Below are positions 50,875 through 64,000 of a stretch of DNA of 64,000 bases, one piece after another. The stretch is from the NCBI GenBank assembly GCA_043228905.1, contig JBHGNT010000001.1:10354001-10418000 (forward strand), given 5' to 3'. Numbering within the stretch: position 1 is the stretch's first letter; each line of letters begins with the position of its first letter. This stretch comes from Azolla caroliniana (taxonomy: Eukaryota; Plantae; Polypodiophyta). The notes beneath the pieces were generated by a model, which saw nothing but the letters and a program-made list of their open reading frames with translations, was not told the DNA's origin and did not search any database. Both the position numbers and the translations under genes were made by a program.

Positions 50875-51312
50875 ATACGTAAGTAACTTATTACTTAGGT
50901 AGAAAGTAAGAGAGTAAGAATATAGATGAAGATATACAGGAAGTAGAACTCTAAGAGAGAGATAGTGAGCATAGAGAGTGAGAGCAAGAGAGAGAAACAA
51001 AAAAGAGAGCAAGTAGAGCTCCGCGTATAATGAAATAGAAGAAGTTTTGGCTGCTACAGAGGTAAGTCTCCTTCCCCCTTCCCTTCTGTGTTTGAGCACT
51101 AAACGATCTAGCACACCACGATCCGCCGCGCACATAAGAAGAGCTCGAGTGCCTTCTTCACGTTTTATTAACATGGTATCAGAGCAGAGTTGCTCATAAA
51201 GAAGATTACAAAAGTGCATAGATCTGAGAAAGGTATTTCTCTGTTTGTTGATCTGAATCAGAAAGTTACTTGTTGAAGTAATTGTAACAGAAAACCTAGT
51301 TTGGAAGAGATA

Positions 51313-54300
51313 ATGGCTGCAGAGAATGCGGGCCAAATAGTTACAGAGAAACTAGATAAAAATAATTTCCCGGCGTGGAAATTTAGAATGACAAATTTCC
51401 TAATGGGGAAAGGATACTGGGATTACATTGAAGGAGACCTAGAAGAGGCTCCGGAGATCCTAGAAGAAAATGCCACAACAGCACAGATTAAAGCATTCAA
51501 AGATTGGAATCAAGGGGCAAGGAAGGTAATGCATTGGCTCTCACTTAGCATCTCAGATTCGATGCTTGGGCACATAAAGGTGCTATGCTCCCAAAAGAAG
51601 CTTGGGACAGTTTGGTAAAACTGTTTGCAGTAAACACAAAAGCTAGAAAGCTACAGTTGAAGACTGAGCTAAATACCTTAGAAAAAGGTAAGATGTCAAT
51701 AAATGAGTATGCCTTGAAAATAAAGAGCATATGTGAATCACTTGCTTCTATCAATGTAAAGATAGAAGATGATGATAAGGTAGAAATATGCTTGAGAGGC
51801 TTGGGACCCCAATACAAAAGCTTTAAAACCTCTATGCTTACAAGGGATAGTATCCCAAGTTTCTCAGATCTGGTTTCAATGCTTGTAGTAGAAGAAAGGA
51901 ATCAGATGGATGATGTAAATAAAGGAAATCTTGAGAATGAGGGGCAAGCCCTATATAATAGTGCCGGAAGAGGCCGAGGAAGAGGCCATGGAAGATTTGG
52001 CTCAGCAAGAACCAACAATAATGGTTATCAAGGAAGAGGACAACAAACCATTAGAGGAAGAAACAACAACAGAGGCAGGGGGAGCAACCAAGGTAGAGGT
52101 AAGCAAACATATGTAAATGATGATGGTTGTTGGTATTGTGGAAAACCAGGCCACACACAGGCTGAATGTTACAAGAAGCAAAATGATGAGCAAAGAGGAA
52201 AGAGACAGCAGAATAACTATGCCCAAACTAGTGAAGATTGTGAAAAAGATGGTGCATTTGTGGTACAACATGAGATAGCAGCAGTGGCTGAAAGCTCACA
52301 GAAATGTAATGAAGAGTTTACATGGTATGTAGACTCGGGGGCATCTAACCATATGACTGGACATGCAAACTGGTTTGAAAGGTTGAGAGAACCAGAGATT
52401 CCTGGCTATGTACAGACGGGTGATAATAGTACTCACCAAATAGAACATGTTGGAGATATTCCATTGTGGGAAGAAAAAGGAAAGACTAAGTATATGTTGA
52501 ATGTAATGCATGTTCCAAATCTTGCTAAGAATCTGATTTCTGTTGGACAGATAGTAGAGCAAGGTATGCAAGTAAAGTTTAAGCAAAGTGGATACTATAT
52601 AGAAAAGAATGGGAAGCTCATTGCAAAAGGAAAACGACAAGGAAGAATGTTTATTTTGGATGTTGACATGCCTAGACAGATTTCAGCTATGTTTGCAAAT
52701 GGAATGAGTGTAGTCTCAGATGTGGAAATGTGGCATAAAAGGATTGGCCACATAAGTATGCAAACCCTAAAGAATATGTTGAGAAAAGATGCAGTGGCTG
52801 GACTGCCAAAACTGAAAAATTGTGAAATGGGAAAGATATGTGAAGCATGTCAATATGGAAAGCAAAATAGGTTGCCATTCCCTCATGAAAGACATGTAAG
52901 TAAAAATTTGTTGGATTTGGTACATACGGATGTATGGGGACCAACTAAGAATGCATCTATCGGTGGCTGCAGATTTTATGTAACTTTTATTGATGATTGC
53001 TCAAGGAAAACATGGGTGTACTTCATGAAAGAGAAAAGTGAAGTGTTTGAATGTTTTCGTAAGTTTAAATGCATGGTAGAAAAGCAGACAGGTACAAGAA
53101 TAAAATGTTTAAGATCTGATGGAGGAGGAGAGTATTTCTCCAATGAATTTTCTGATTTTCTATGCAATCAGGGAATAAGAAGACAGTTCACATGTAGATA
53201 TACTCCACAGCAAAATGGAGTTGCTGAGAGGAAAAACAGAACATTGGTGAACATTGCAAGGGCTTTGATGACAGAGAAGAATATGCCATTGTACTATTGG
53301 GCAGAAGCTGTAAATACAGCAAATTATATTCTAAATAGATGTATAACATCGGGAGTACATGAAACAACTCCTGAAGAGTGTTTCTACGGAAGGAAACCTA
53401 GTATAGAACACTTAAAAGTGTTTGGATGCCTTGCATATGTACATGTGCCTGTAGAAGTAAGAAGTAAGTTGGATCCAAAGGCAGAAAAATGTATTTTTGT
53501 TGGCTATTCAGAAGAACAAAAAGGGTATAGATGCTATAACCCTGTAACAAAGAAGATTGTGACAAGTAGGGATGTAATCTTTGATGAGTTAGCCAGCTGG
53601 TATAGTCCAAAACAGAATCCAGAGACTGATGAAGACAATGAGATTGAAGACAAAGACAAATCTGAAAATGTAGAAGACTGCCACAGAGATGGAAGCAAGG
53701 TTGGACAGCAAAGTCCAACATCAACAGAATGTTCCGGACCATCAAAAAGCTCAGATGGTAAATCTGATTCAAATTCTTGGAGTGGAAAAAGTGGAGGACA
53801 CAAAAAATGTGATGATAAAAAAGGAAAACAGAAAATGCCAGAGTATGAAATGTTGGATGACTTGTCTAAAAACATGGAAGATGAGGATTCAGATGTGTCA
53901 TTGGATGACCTTCTTGGTATAAGAGGATTGAAGATCCCTGGTATGGAAAAAGCATTGAAGGATGCAAATCAGAAACTGAGAAGATCAGATAGAGAGAAAA
54001 AAACTGTTGAAAGATTTGGTTATGATACATACATGGCTATGCATTATGCATACATGTCTAAGGTGGTACAGATCCCTGATCCAAGTAGTTTTGATGAGGC
54101 TAAAACTGAGAAGAAATGGGTGGACGCAATGCAAGAAGAGATTGATGCATTGGCTGAAAACAGAACATGGGATTTGGTGAAGTTACCAAAGGGAAAAAAT
54201 GTGGTAGGTTGCAAATGGGTCTACAAGACAAAGCATGATTCCAGTGGGAATGTAAGTAGACATAAAGCAAGATTGGTTGCAAAGGGATATGCCCAAATGC

Positions 54301-55659
54301 AAGGAATTGATTATGATGAGACATTTGCACCGGTTGCAAAGATGGCAACATTGAGGACATTACTGGCTGTAGGTGCAGCCAGAAGATGGTTTCTTCATCA
54401 TATGGATGTAAAAAATGCCTTTTTACATGGTAACTTGGAAGAAGAAGTGTATATGTGTCAACCACCAGGTTTTGAAGATAGGAAGCATCCAGATTATGTA
54501 TGTAAGCTGAAAAAGGCTCTCTATGGACTGAAACAGGCACCAAGAACATGGCACAGGGAACTTTCAGATTATCTGAAAAAACTTGACTTCAAAATGTCAA
54601 AGGCTGATTCATCATTGTATGTTAAAAGGAAAGATGATTGTATGGTTGTGATTCTGATTTATGTTGATGATCTCATCATTGGAGGTGATTTCATGGATGA
54701 GATAAGTAAGCTGAAAAGAAATTTGGAAATGAATTCATATGAAAGATTTGGGAGATCTGAGATATTTTTTGGGTATTGAAATCATCAGATCTGAAAGTGG
54801 TATATGTGTGTTGCAAAGACAATATGCAACAACTATGTTGAAAAAGTATGGTATGCTTGGATGCAAACCTATTGGAGTACCACTAGATAAAAACTGCAAA
54901 TTGAGGGCTGATTTGGGAGCCAAAATAGAAGATGTAAACATGTACAGGTCTATGGTGGGCAGCCTTATTTATTTGACCATAACAAGACCTGATTTGAGTT
55001 ATGCAGTTGGATTAGTCAGCCAATTTATGCAACAACCAACAAAGCCGCATTTGGACTGCATTAGAAGAATTCTGAGGTATGTAAAAGCTACTCAGAACTA
55101 TGGATTGTTTTACAGGGCTGATTTGGACATAAATCTGGAAGGATATACAGATGCTGATTGGGCTGGAAGCCAAACAGATAGAAGATCCACAAGTGGATAT
55201 ATCTTTACATTGGGAAGTGCAGGTATTTCATGGAGTAGCAAGAAACAGGCTACTGTTGCATTGTCTAGTACTGAAGCTGAGTACAGAGGAGCTGCCATAG
55301 CCACTTGTGAAGAGGTATGGATCAGAAGATTGCTTGCTGATTTGGGAGAGTATATAGACGGTACTGTCACAATCTGGTGTGACAACATGAGCAGCATTCA
55401 ACTTGCAAAGAACCCTGTGTTCCATGCAAGAACAAAGCATATTGAAGTGCATTATCACTTTGTTAGAGAAAAAGTGATTGAAGGAGAAGTTGATCTGGTG
55501 TATGTGAATACAAATCAGCAGGTTGCTGATATTCTCACAAAGGGATTGAGTGTGGAAAAGCATACACAGTTTCAGAACATGATGGGAGTTGTAGACATTG
55601 ATATGATGGCTGAAAAGCATCATGAAAAAGGAGTTGTAGATAACCCCAAGAAAGGATAA
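51313..55659 (+). pseudogene. pol: Element J gag-pol polyprotein with two frameshifts (near 51580 and 54735)
   Basis: ORFs 51301-51618, 51585-54779, 54739-55659: CWYCGKPGHTQAEC, WYVDSGAS, QQNGVAER, YVDDL, YTDADWAG, KHIEVHYH. Confidence 0.95.
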
Positions 55660-56468
55660 GTTGAGCTTGAGGGGGAGTGTTGAGGAGCAAGCTCAACATG
55701 GTATGCGATGCTTATTGGGAAATAAGCTATAGTAGTTATTTAGCTACTTGTGAACATAAAGGAGAAACAGCTAATTAGCTACTGACAGCTAATTAGCTAC
55801 TGACAGCTATTTAGCGACTGACAGCTAATTAGCTACTGACAGCTATTTAGTGACTGACAGCTAATTAGCTACAGGCAGCTAATTAGCTGCATACGTAAGT
55901 AACTTATTACTTAGGTAGAAAGTAAGAGAGTAAGAATATAGATGAAGATATACAGGAAGTAGAACTCTAAGAGAGAGATAGTGAGCATAGAGAGAAAGAA
56001 CTCAGAGAGTGAGAGCAAGAGAGAGAAACAAAAAAGAGAGCAAGTAGAGCTCCGCGTATAATGAAATAGAAGAAGTTTTGGCTGCTACAGAGGTAAGTCT
56101 CCTTCCCCCTTCCCTTCTGTGTTTGAGCACTAAATGATCTAGCACACCACGATCCGCCGCGCACATAAGAAGAGCTCGAGTGCCTTCTTCACGTTTTATT
56201 ACTATCGCGTCCCCGTGACTTGATAGCCCTCTCTAAAAATCGGGTCTCGTGGTTCGGTCGTACCGTTAGAAACTGAACGGAGTGACGCTCATCCTGGCTT
56301 TTGACTCTGGCATACGCCGAACCGTTGTCCATCACCTTCGTCTCCATGCGTGCCGCCGTGATGTACGGTTCTCCGAGTATTGATACCGTACGAGACATAC
56401 GTGCACCACCCCCCACCCCACAATGCTTCTCAATGCTTGTCGTCTCTCTCACCATCGATCCCATAATG

Positions 56469-59400
56469 TGTTGGGAGACAGGTCCCTCCAGATGGGAAGG
56501 GAGAAGAACAGTGCCGATGACGAGTACCCGGCTATGGAGAGCCAGATGGTGCAGACCCGGTGAGAACCGGATGAGTACCCGGCTACGAAGAGTTGGATGG
56601 TGCAAACCCGGTGAGAACCGGATGAGTACCCGGCTTCGGAGAGCCGGATGGTGCAGACCCGGTGAGAACCGGATGAGGAGTACCCGGCTACGGAGAGCCG
56701 GATGGTGCAGACCCGGTGAAGAGTGCTCACCGGATGAAGAGACATATTCGTAAATATGTTTCTGAGAGTCCATCATGGCTATATTTGTAAATAGCCGAAA
56801 AGTCATATTGGTATAAATATGACTTAGGGCAAACTTTTAGTTGTGTCATTATTCTTGTCTGCGTGAGATTGGAGCGCGTAACTGTGTACAAGGAGAGAGA
56901 GAGAGAGAGGAAGAGGTTGTTGCCTCTATTGTAACCGCCGCCTGTGGCGAAGATCGTGAGCACGAGGTCGTTGCCTCCGTGAACTCACTGTTGTACATTC
57001 TAACATAGTGATAGTTTGCAGCCTGTGGGTTGCTGTGGTTTTTTCCCTAGTTTGGGGTTTTCCACGTAAACATCCTGTGTACTCTTCTCTTCTTTATGTC
57101 GTGCATTTATTTCCCGTTTTCTGTGTATGATTCTGTTGAGAGACAAGCTCAACATCGGCTGGATCGGTTGAAGAAGCCGAGGACCGGATCGGTTGGGACC
57201 GATCGGTTAGGCCGAGTGCGTAAACCGGGAGGCCGTTAGGAAAGATATTCCGTGAGGAATATATTTGGGAGTTAGTGTAGGAGCTCTTAAAGAGCATTGA
57301 AGTACGGTCAGTACTTCGGTCAGTCCTTCAAGGACTTGTATAAAAGTGTTCATGGAACACACATATGGGTAGAGTAGTGAATCGAGTTTTTTTGTTGAAT
57401 ATAGTTCTTGTGTTTTCTCTCTCTCACTCTCTCTGTCTCTCCCGCGTATACTGCGTAAGCTCAAGCTCTCCATTAAACCTGAGTGTTCTTCCTTCTGTTC
57501 TGTCTTCATACTTGCTTCCGCACACTACTTTCTACATGGTATCAGACCGCGAGGGTTGAGAACCTCTCTGCAGCCGACACAGCTTGACGAAGAAGAACAA
57601 GAAGAACGATGGATAGAGGCATGGCGAGCTCGCTTCCAACAGAGAAGCTCGACAGAACCAACTACGCGTCTTGGCCTTACAAGATGCACTAGTACCTACT
57701 CGGGCACGGCTACTGGAGTTATGTCGAAGGAGCTAATGACGCGGCACCCGAATCGACACACAGAGACTTCCCGTCGTGGGAGCAATCGGCGAGCAGGGTA
57801 TTATACTGCTTCGCGTCGTGTGTGGGCGAACAGCTATTGAGCTATGTTCGGGATGCAAAGACGTCGAAGGGTGCGTGGGAAAATCTGAAGAAGATCTTCG
57901 CCGCGAGCACCACAGCCAAGAAGCTTCAGCTCCGACAGGAGTTGAGCAACCTACGACAACGCGACCTGTCGGTGGCGGACTATACCTCGAAGATCAAGGA
58001 TATCTGCGACTCCCTCGCCTCCATAGAGGTGAACATCGAGGAGAGGGAGATGATCCAAATCTGTCTCGGAGGTTTGGCGTCGAAGTTCGGAGCGTTCTGG
58101 ACGGCGGTGTGTACCCGGGAGAATACGTCGTCCTTTTTCGACTTACAGTCAATGCTCCTGGTAGAGGAGAACCACGCGGGTGCGTCTACAAGCACGCACA
58201 CCGACAACAGAATGTTGTACACGGAGGGAGATAGGCCCCGTGGACGTGGAGGACGAGGCGAGTCGGCGCGCAATGGAGGCGGCTGACGAGATCAAGAAAG
58301 AAGGCACCGAAGTGATGCCGACAACAACTCCGGACCCTCCGGAAACAGGGGGAGTCGAAGCGATGAGAACCGGCAAGGGAAGTCCATCGCGGAGTGCTGG
58401 TACTGTGGCAAGAAAGACCACAGGGAAAGTGAGTGTTGGAAGAAGCGCGCCGATTCGGAGAGAACTGGTTCCGGAAACGGCTCCAGACATACCGACAAGG
58501 GAAATCGATAGCGATCGCACTACGCCGAAGACTCCGGGAGAGCTAGAGAAGGGACTGCCTTCGTGACAAGACACGAAGCAAACTCAATGAAACAGACCAC
58601 CCCGAGATCGGACGAGGTGTGGTACGTAGACTCCGGAGCGTCAAACCACATGACGAGCCATAAGGAGTGGTTCTCGTACCTTGAAAAACCAATACAACCT
58701 GGAGTAGTCGCAACTAGAGACGACACTCCGCATCCAATCGCGAATGTCAGAGAAGTTCCCCTTAGCCATGTTGGGCAGAAAGGGAAACTCATGAACGTGC
58801 TGCATGTTCCGACAATCACGAAAAACTTGGTCTCCGTCGGACAGATCTTCGACCAAGGGATGGAGGTTCGGTTTACACACCTCGGGTGCTTCATTGAGGA
58901 AGAAGGCCGTGTGATTGCGCAAGGGCGCAGAGACGGGAGGATGTTCATCCTCGACTCCACTGACGGCGGTACCACAATGTTCGCGAAGGGACAAAAATCC
59001 AAGTCGGACATCGACTTGCGGCACAAGCGGATAGGCCACGTCAACTACCAGCGTCTTCAAGACCTGCAATCGAAACAAGTGGTGTTCGGATTGCCCAAAT
59101 TTGGTGGCCGAAAGGCACAAATTTGTGAAGCCTGCCAGCTCGGGAAGCAACACCGACTTCCTTTCCCCAACAAGCGAAACCGGAGCCGGAACAAGCTCGA
59201 CCTTATACACTCCAATGTATGGGGGCCGGCACAAAACGTTAGTCTTGGCGGGAGTCGATATTTCGTCTCCTTCATCGACAACCACACGCGGCACATGTGG
59301 ATCTACCTCATTGATAGGAAGAGCGAAGTCTTCGACTGTTTCCGGGACCTCAAAGGGTTCGTGGAAACGGAAACGGGACGAAAGATCAAGTGCCTGCGGT

Positions 59401-62400
59401 CGGATGGCGGGAAAGAGTACTTTTCCAGTCAATTCAACGGTTACCTACAATAAATGGGAATTCGCCGCGAATTCAGTTGTAGATACACACCGGAGCAGAA
59501 CGGCGTGGCCGAGAGGAAGAATCGATCAGTTGTGGAAGCGGCACGGGCAATGCTGGAGGAGAAGAGCTTGCCCAAGTTCTACTGGGCCGAGGCCGTAAGG
59601 ACCGCGGTATACATCCAGAACCGGATCGGAGACAAAGTGTCAGCGCACGAGCTATATTTCGGAACGAAGCCGAACTTGCGACACTTGAGGGTGTTCGGTA
59701 GCATTGCGTATGTGCATATACCGAAGGAGAAAAGGAAGAAGCTGGACACAAAGGCCGAGAAATGCATCTTGGTCGGTTACTCGGACGAACAGAAGGGTTA
59801 TAAGTGCTATAACCCTCGCACCAAACAAGCGCGTGTCAGCCGCGACGTTGTGTTTGACGAGTCCGCGTCCTGGTACATGCCCCCGACTCCGAACCCTGCC
59901 CCCAATCCGAGCTCTGACGATGGGGTCAGCGAGGCCGAGATGCCTCCGGATGAGCCCGAAATCGGACCCGCGATGAGAGTCCGATTTCACTCCGTTTAAC
60001 TGGACCGATTGGACGACTGAGTCGGTACGATCAGTCCAATGAAGAGCCAGCGAGTTGTGGAGACTCGGCCGTGCATTCCCCGCGCAGGAAGCCGAGGAGA
60101 CGGCTTACGCGCAAAGAGAAAGGGAAGAAGAAGGTGTCGGATTCCGGCACGGATAGGAACGAGTCAGACCGACGCGAGTCCGACTCCGAGGGAACCAGTG
60201 ACGGGTGTTTGAAGGTGAAGTTCGCGTCGACCGAGAAGGCCTCGACATCGGCTAATGTGAGATTACGCCGATCTACCCGCCAGAAGAATCCTGTTTTGCG
60301 GTTCGGATACAACGAGTACATGGCGCATCATTATGCGTACATAACTCGTGTAGCGGAAGTGTGTGAGCCGGAGAGCTACGCAGAAGCGGCTAAAGACACG
60401 AATTGGCGTGCCGCGATGGAGGAAGAGATGCACGCATTGGCGGAGAACGAGACCTGGGACCTGGTTGACGCTCCAAAAGGGGTAAAACCGATCGGGTGTA
60501 GGTGGGTGTACAAAGTCAAGTACAATACCGATGGCTCGGTCAACCGGTACAAGGCTCGGCTAGTGGCAAAGGGCTACGCGCAGAAACACGGCATCGACTA
60601 TGATGAGACATTTGCGCCGATCACGAAAATGACGACCGTCCGTGTTATGCTCGTAGTAGCCGCGGCCAAGGGGTGGCACCTACATCAAATGGATGTAAAG
60701 AATGTGTTCCTGCAAGGTGACCTTGAGGAACAAGTGTACATGGTACAGCCCCCCGGATTTCACTCTGGAACGAACTCCTCGGTAGTATGCCGACTGAAGA
60801 AGTCCCTTTACGAACTGAAGCAAGCCCTGCGTGCCTGGAACGCAAAGATCACGCAACAACTGCGTCGGATGGGCTTCGTCACGTCAAAATCGGACTCTTC
60901 CCTGTTCATCCGGAAAGGTCGACTCGGACCGGTTAGTATTCTACTATATGTCAATGACTTGGTCATCACCGGCGCCGACCTAGGTGAAATCGACCGCGTG
61001 AAGCTCCAACTTGCGGCATCGTTCGACATGAAGGATCTGGGGGACCTTCATTACTTCCTCGGGATCAAAGTGATCCGTACCCCCGAAGGAATATTGATCA
61101 GTCAACGTCATTACATGCTGGGTATGCTCTTCAAACTCGGGATGGCCGACTATAAGTCCGTCTCGACTCCTCTGGACAGAACCATCAAGCTTCGTCCCGA
61201 TACGGGAAAGGTATGCGACCCGACGAGGTTCCGACAAATTGTCGGAAGCCTCATATACTTGACCATCACCCGACCTGACCTCAGTTATCCGGTCGGGGTG
61301 ATCAGTCAGTTCATGGCGCGACCTACCGAGGAGCACCTTTAGTGTGCGCAACGCGTACTGCGGTACGTAAGCGGCACTAAGGACCGCGGACTGCTATATC
61401 GGACCGGTGCAGCCGCGCAGTTAGTTGGCTACACCGATGCTGATTGGGCTGGCAACGCCGCCGATCGCCGATCCACGTCTAGATACGCGTTCTCCCTCGG
61501 GAGTGTCGCGATCGCGTGGAGCAGTAAGAAGCAACCGACAGTTGCACTGTCGAGCACCGAAGCTGAGTACCGAGGAGCGGCTTTCGCGACATACGAAGCC
61601 ATATGGCTGAAGCGGCTACTTAAGGATCTGCAAGTGGAGGTGTCCGATCCAACAACAATCTACTGTGACAACCTCAACAGCATCCAGCTCGCGAAAAACC
61701 CCGTTTTCCACGCACGGACCAAGCACATTGAGGTGCACTACCATTTCGTCCATGAGCATGTCCTTTCTGGTGAAGTCGAACTTCAGTACGTTCCGACGAA
61801 TCGGCAGACTACCGACATCTTCACCAAGCCTCTTGGTCTAGACAAGTTGCGGCAATTCTCAGGTGCGCTCGGGTTGCGTCACCTTGACGTGCCGAACTTG
61901 AGGGGGAGAACAGTTCCGAACGACCAAGCAAAGCAGCAGGAAAGGAGCGGCCTCCGCGACACCGAGTTCCGCGACACCGAGTCGGTTGACTCGACTGTTG
62001 ACTCGGTTGTCGAGTTCGACTTCGGATCGGTTGAAGAAGCCGAGGGCGGACCCGCGGAAAAGTCCGGAAGCGGACAGAAGGGGAGCAACTGAAGGAGAGA
62101 GCCAAAGCCAACCACGCATGGGGAAGATGACGCCACCGAGGGCGAGAAGACCGAAGACGAGTTGGAGAAAGCCAACTCGGACGAGAGCGAAAACCGATCG
62201 GAGGTAGCCGAATCGGTTCGGATGGTTGATTCAGATACGATGAATCAACTGAGGCCCAAGCGGAAGAAAAGGCAGCAGGAGAAGCGTCAACACCGCAATA
62301 GCAGAAGAGCTGATAAGGGCCACATGACCAGACAAGCCGACCGGAAGGGTCGAAGCGTGCGGAGTCAAACAGGTCGTGGAGCGTGAGCGAGGCCTGAAGC

Positions 62401-62912
62401 CAGGAGGAACCGGAGCTGTGAGCCCGAAGATCCCGAAGAGCCTCAAGTTGAGCTTGAGGGGGAGTGTTGAGAGACAAGCTCAACATCGGCCGGATCAGCT
62501 GAAGAAGCCGAGGACCGGATCGGTTGGGACCGATCGGTTAGGCCGAGTGCGTAAACCGGGAGGCCGTTAGGAAAGATATTCCGTGAGGAATATATTTGGG
62601 AGTTAGTGTAGGAGCTCTTAAAGAGCATTGAAGTACGGTCAGTCCTTCGAGGACTTGTATAAAAGTGTTCATGGAACACACATATGGGTAGAGTAGTGAA
62701 TCGAGTTTTTTTGTTGAATATAGTTCTTGTGTTTTCTCTCTCTCACTCTCTCTGTCTCTCTCGCGTATACTGCGTAAGCTCAAGCTCTCCATTAAACCTG
62801 AGTGTTCTTCCTTCTGTTCTTTCTTCATACTTGCTTCCGCACGCTACTTTCTACAGATTCTAAGCTCGGTTGTGGCCGAGCGTTGCGTATAGGGAGCGTG
62901 CAGCTCCTGTCA
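56469..62912 (+). mobile_element. Solo LTR M (56469-57133 + 62856-62912)
   Basis: TGTTGGGAG...TGTCA, TSD TAATG; 51-54-bp tandem units 56520-56720; TATAAATA. Confidence 0.86.
57134..62855 (+). mobile_element. Element K: full-length Ty1/Copia, GC-rich relative of J
   Basis: LTRs 57134-57536 / 62465-62855, TSD GATTC, Met-type PBS at 57537, PPT; gag-PR-INT-RT-RH with several stops. Confidence 0.95.
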
Positions 62913-64000
62913 TAATGCTCATCATCCTCATTAAACACACCATCTCCATCACCAATCATCATTACCATTAACCCTAACCCTAAAACCTACAACAAGTATC
63001 ACCGAATGCGAGGACGTCTCCTGCACGAAGAAGTGTTGATCGATCTCGACATCGCCGATTTTCACTCGTACATTCAGGCAGGCTCTATGTAGCTCCTCCA
63101 TGGCGCGTGTTGCTGCATGTATCTTCCACCTGTGTTTGGTGTTGATTGACCACTTTCCCTTCTTGTAGAAGTGCATGGACATCAAGTTGATCTCCGAACC
63201 GTGGTCTACCAACGCCACCACCGGCTCCTGGACGTCCCCGATCTGAACAGGGGTTTCCGTAGTGGCCCTAGCCCAATGTAGCCTCGAGTAGTGGCTTTCC
63301 GCCAACTCCTCCTCTAGGGCCATGTCTTCTAGGTATGTCGTTCACACCTCCATCGGCTTCTCCGGCTCCGGCTCCGGCGAAAGCCTTTTTCGCTTCACCA
63401 AGTCTACGATGGAGTCGTGGAACTCCTTCTTGGCAATACCGAGCACTTCCCTTAGTGACAGCTCCACTTTGCTGTCAAGGATCCGTTCCTCCAGGACCTT
63501 TCGTAGGTCCGTGGTCCTTTCGATCTTTGTGCTCAACCAGTAATCGGCCTTCTTGGCCTTGTCCGGTGCGCCAGATGCACCGACATCATTCTACTTCGGC
63601 TCGAACTGGGTCTCATACAGTTGTGAGGTTCCAACCCCCCTTGGTCTTTCTCACGTGCTTGTCTTCCACCAGAACCTCGTAGTTCTGGCACGCGGCTTCC
63701 ACGAAGCCCGACTTCTCTTCGACCGGGTCACTCCACCCAGTTACCTCCCGGTCCCGTCTTTCTGCGCGGTCCGCTTCCTCTTTCCTTAGCCATACGCCGG
63801 CTAGGCCTTCCAGCATCAACAGCCAAAACCCGGAGTCCTTCGTTTTCTGGACTTCATCACTCCCGAACCGGATTCCCGCCGACGCCGAGTAGTGGATGGT
63901 CTCCGCGTGGCGAGCCGTCCCTTCCTCCATCAGCCGTTTCATCCCCCCTCATCCGACGTTTAGATCCAGGGCCCTCCGGGTTTCACTAGCGTGTACCCGC

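Larger units (their letters stand above)
50626..56201 (+). mobile_element. Element J: young, nearly intact Ty1/Copia
   Basis: Near-identical LTRs 50626-51173 / 55678-56201; PBS TGGTATCAGAGC at 51174; PPT GAGGGGGAG; terminal bases and right TSD lost. Confidence 0.96.
56381..62994. mobile_element. Element L: roughly 165-bp TG...CA mini element (56381-56468 + 62913-62994)
   Basis: TSD AGTAT at 56376-56380 and 62995-62999; removal restores H protease SVIL|GEPY. Confidence 0.8.
33139..64000 (-). mobile_element. Element H: Trp-family Gypsy, fragmented by five or more insertions, continues beyond the window
   Basis: 3' LTR 33139-33156 + 41079-41738; INT/RH 41812-43346; RH/RT 48723-50625; PR 56201-56380 and 62995-63323; gag to window end; homologous to G. 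Confidence 0.88.

Noticed and set aside
62966-62986. Telomere or chromosome-healing site
   Set aside because: Only about two units, inside element L bounded by a TSD

Overview
Eukaryotic, plant-like heterochromatic DNA made almost entirely of nested transposable elements. No intact host gene was found. A non-seed land plant is inferred from the element types but not proven. Using LTR termini, primer sites and target-site duplications (TSDs), the window resolves into one old Copia backbone (F: 8768-8823 + 31927-33138) with three insertion towers. (1) Gypsy B carries chromovirus-like Gypsy A. (2) Copia C carries a 339-bp solo LTR and tRNA-Trp-primed Gypsy D; D carries a 10.6-kb DDD DNA transposon E. 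(3) Trp-primed Gypsy H carries Gypsy G (with a solo LTR), non-autonomous element I (with a solo LTR), young Copia J, and mini-LTR L, which holds solo LTR M, which holds Copia K. Most ORFs are broken by C>T-type stops. Highlights: E has a Sola-like transposase facing a spliced RING-H2 + FCP1-like pseudo-phosphatase cargo gene, and both genes have introns packed with the palindrome TAGCTAATTAGCTA, which also forms the tandem array in the LTRs of unrelated Copia J. The Trp-primed Gypsy family inserts at CpG-centred 4-bp sites and has a putative -1 frameshift between protease and RT. Element A shows a self-priming signature. Several LTRs contain tRNA-like cassettes.
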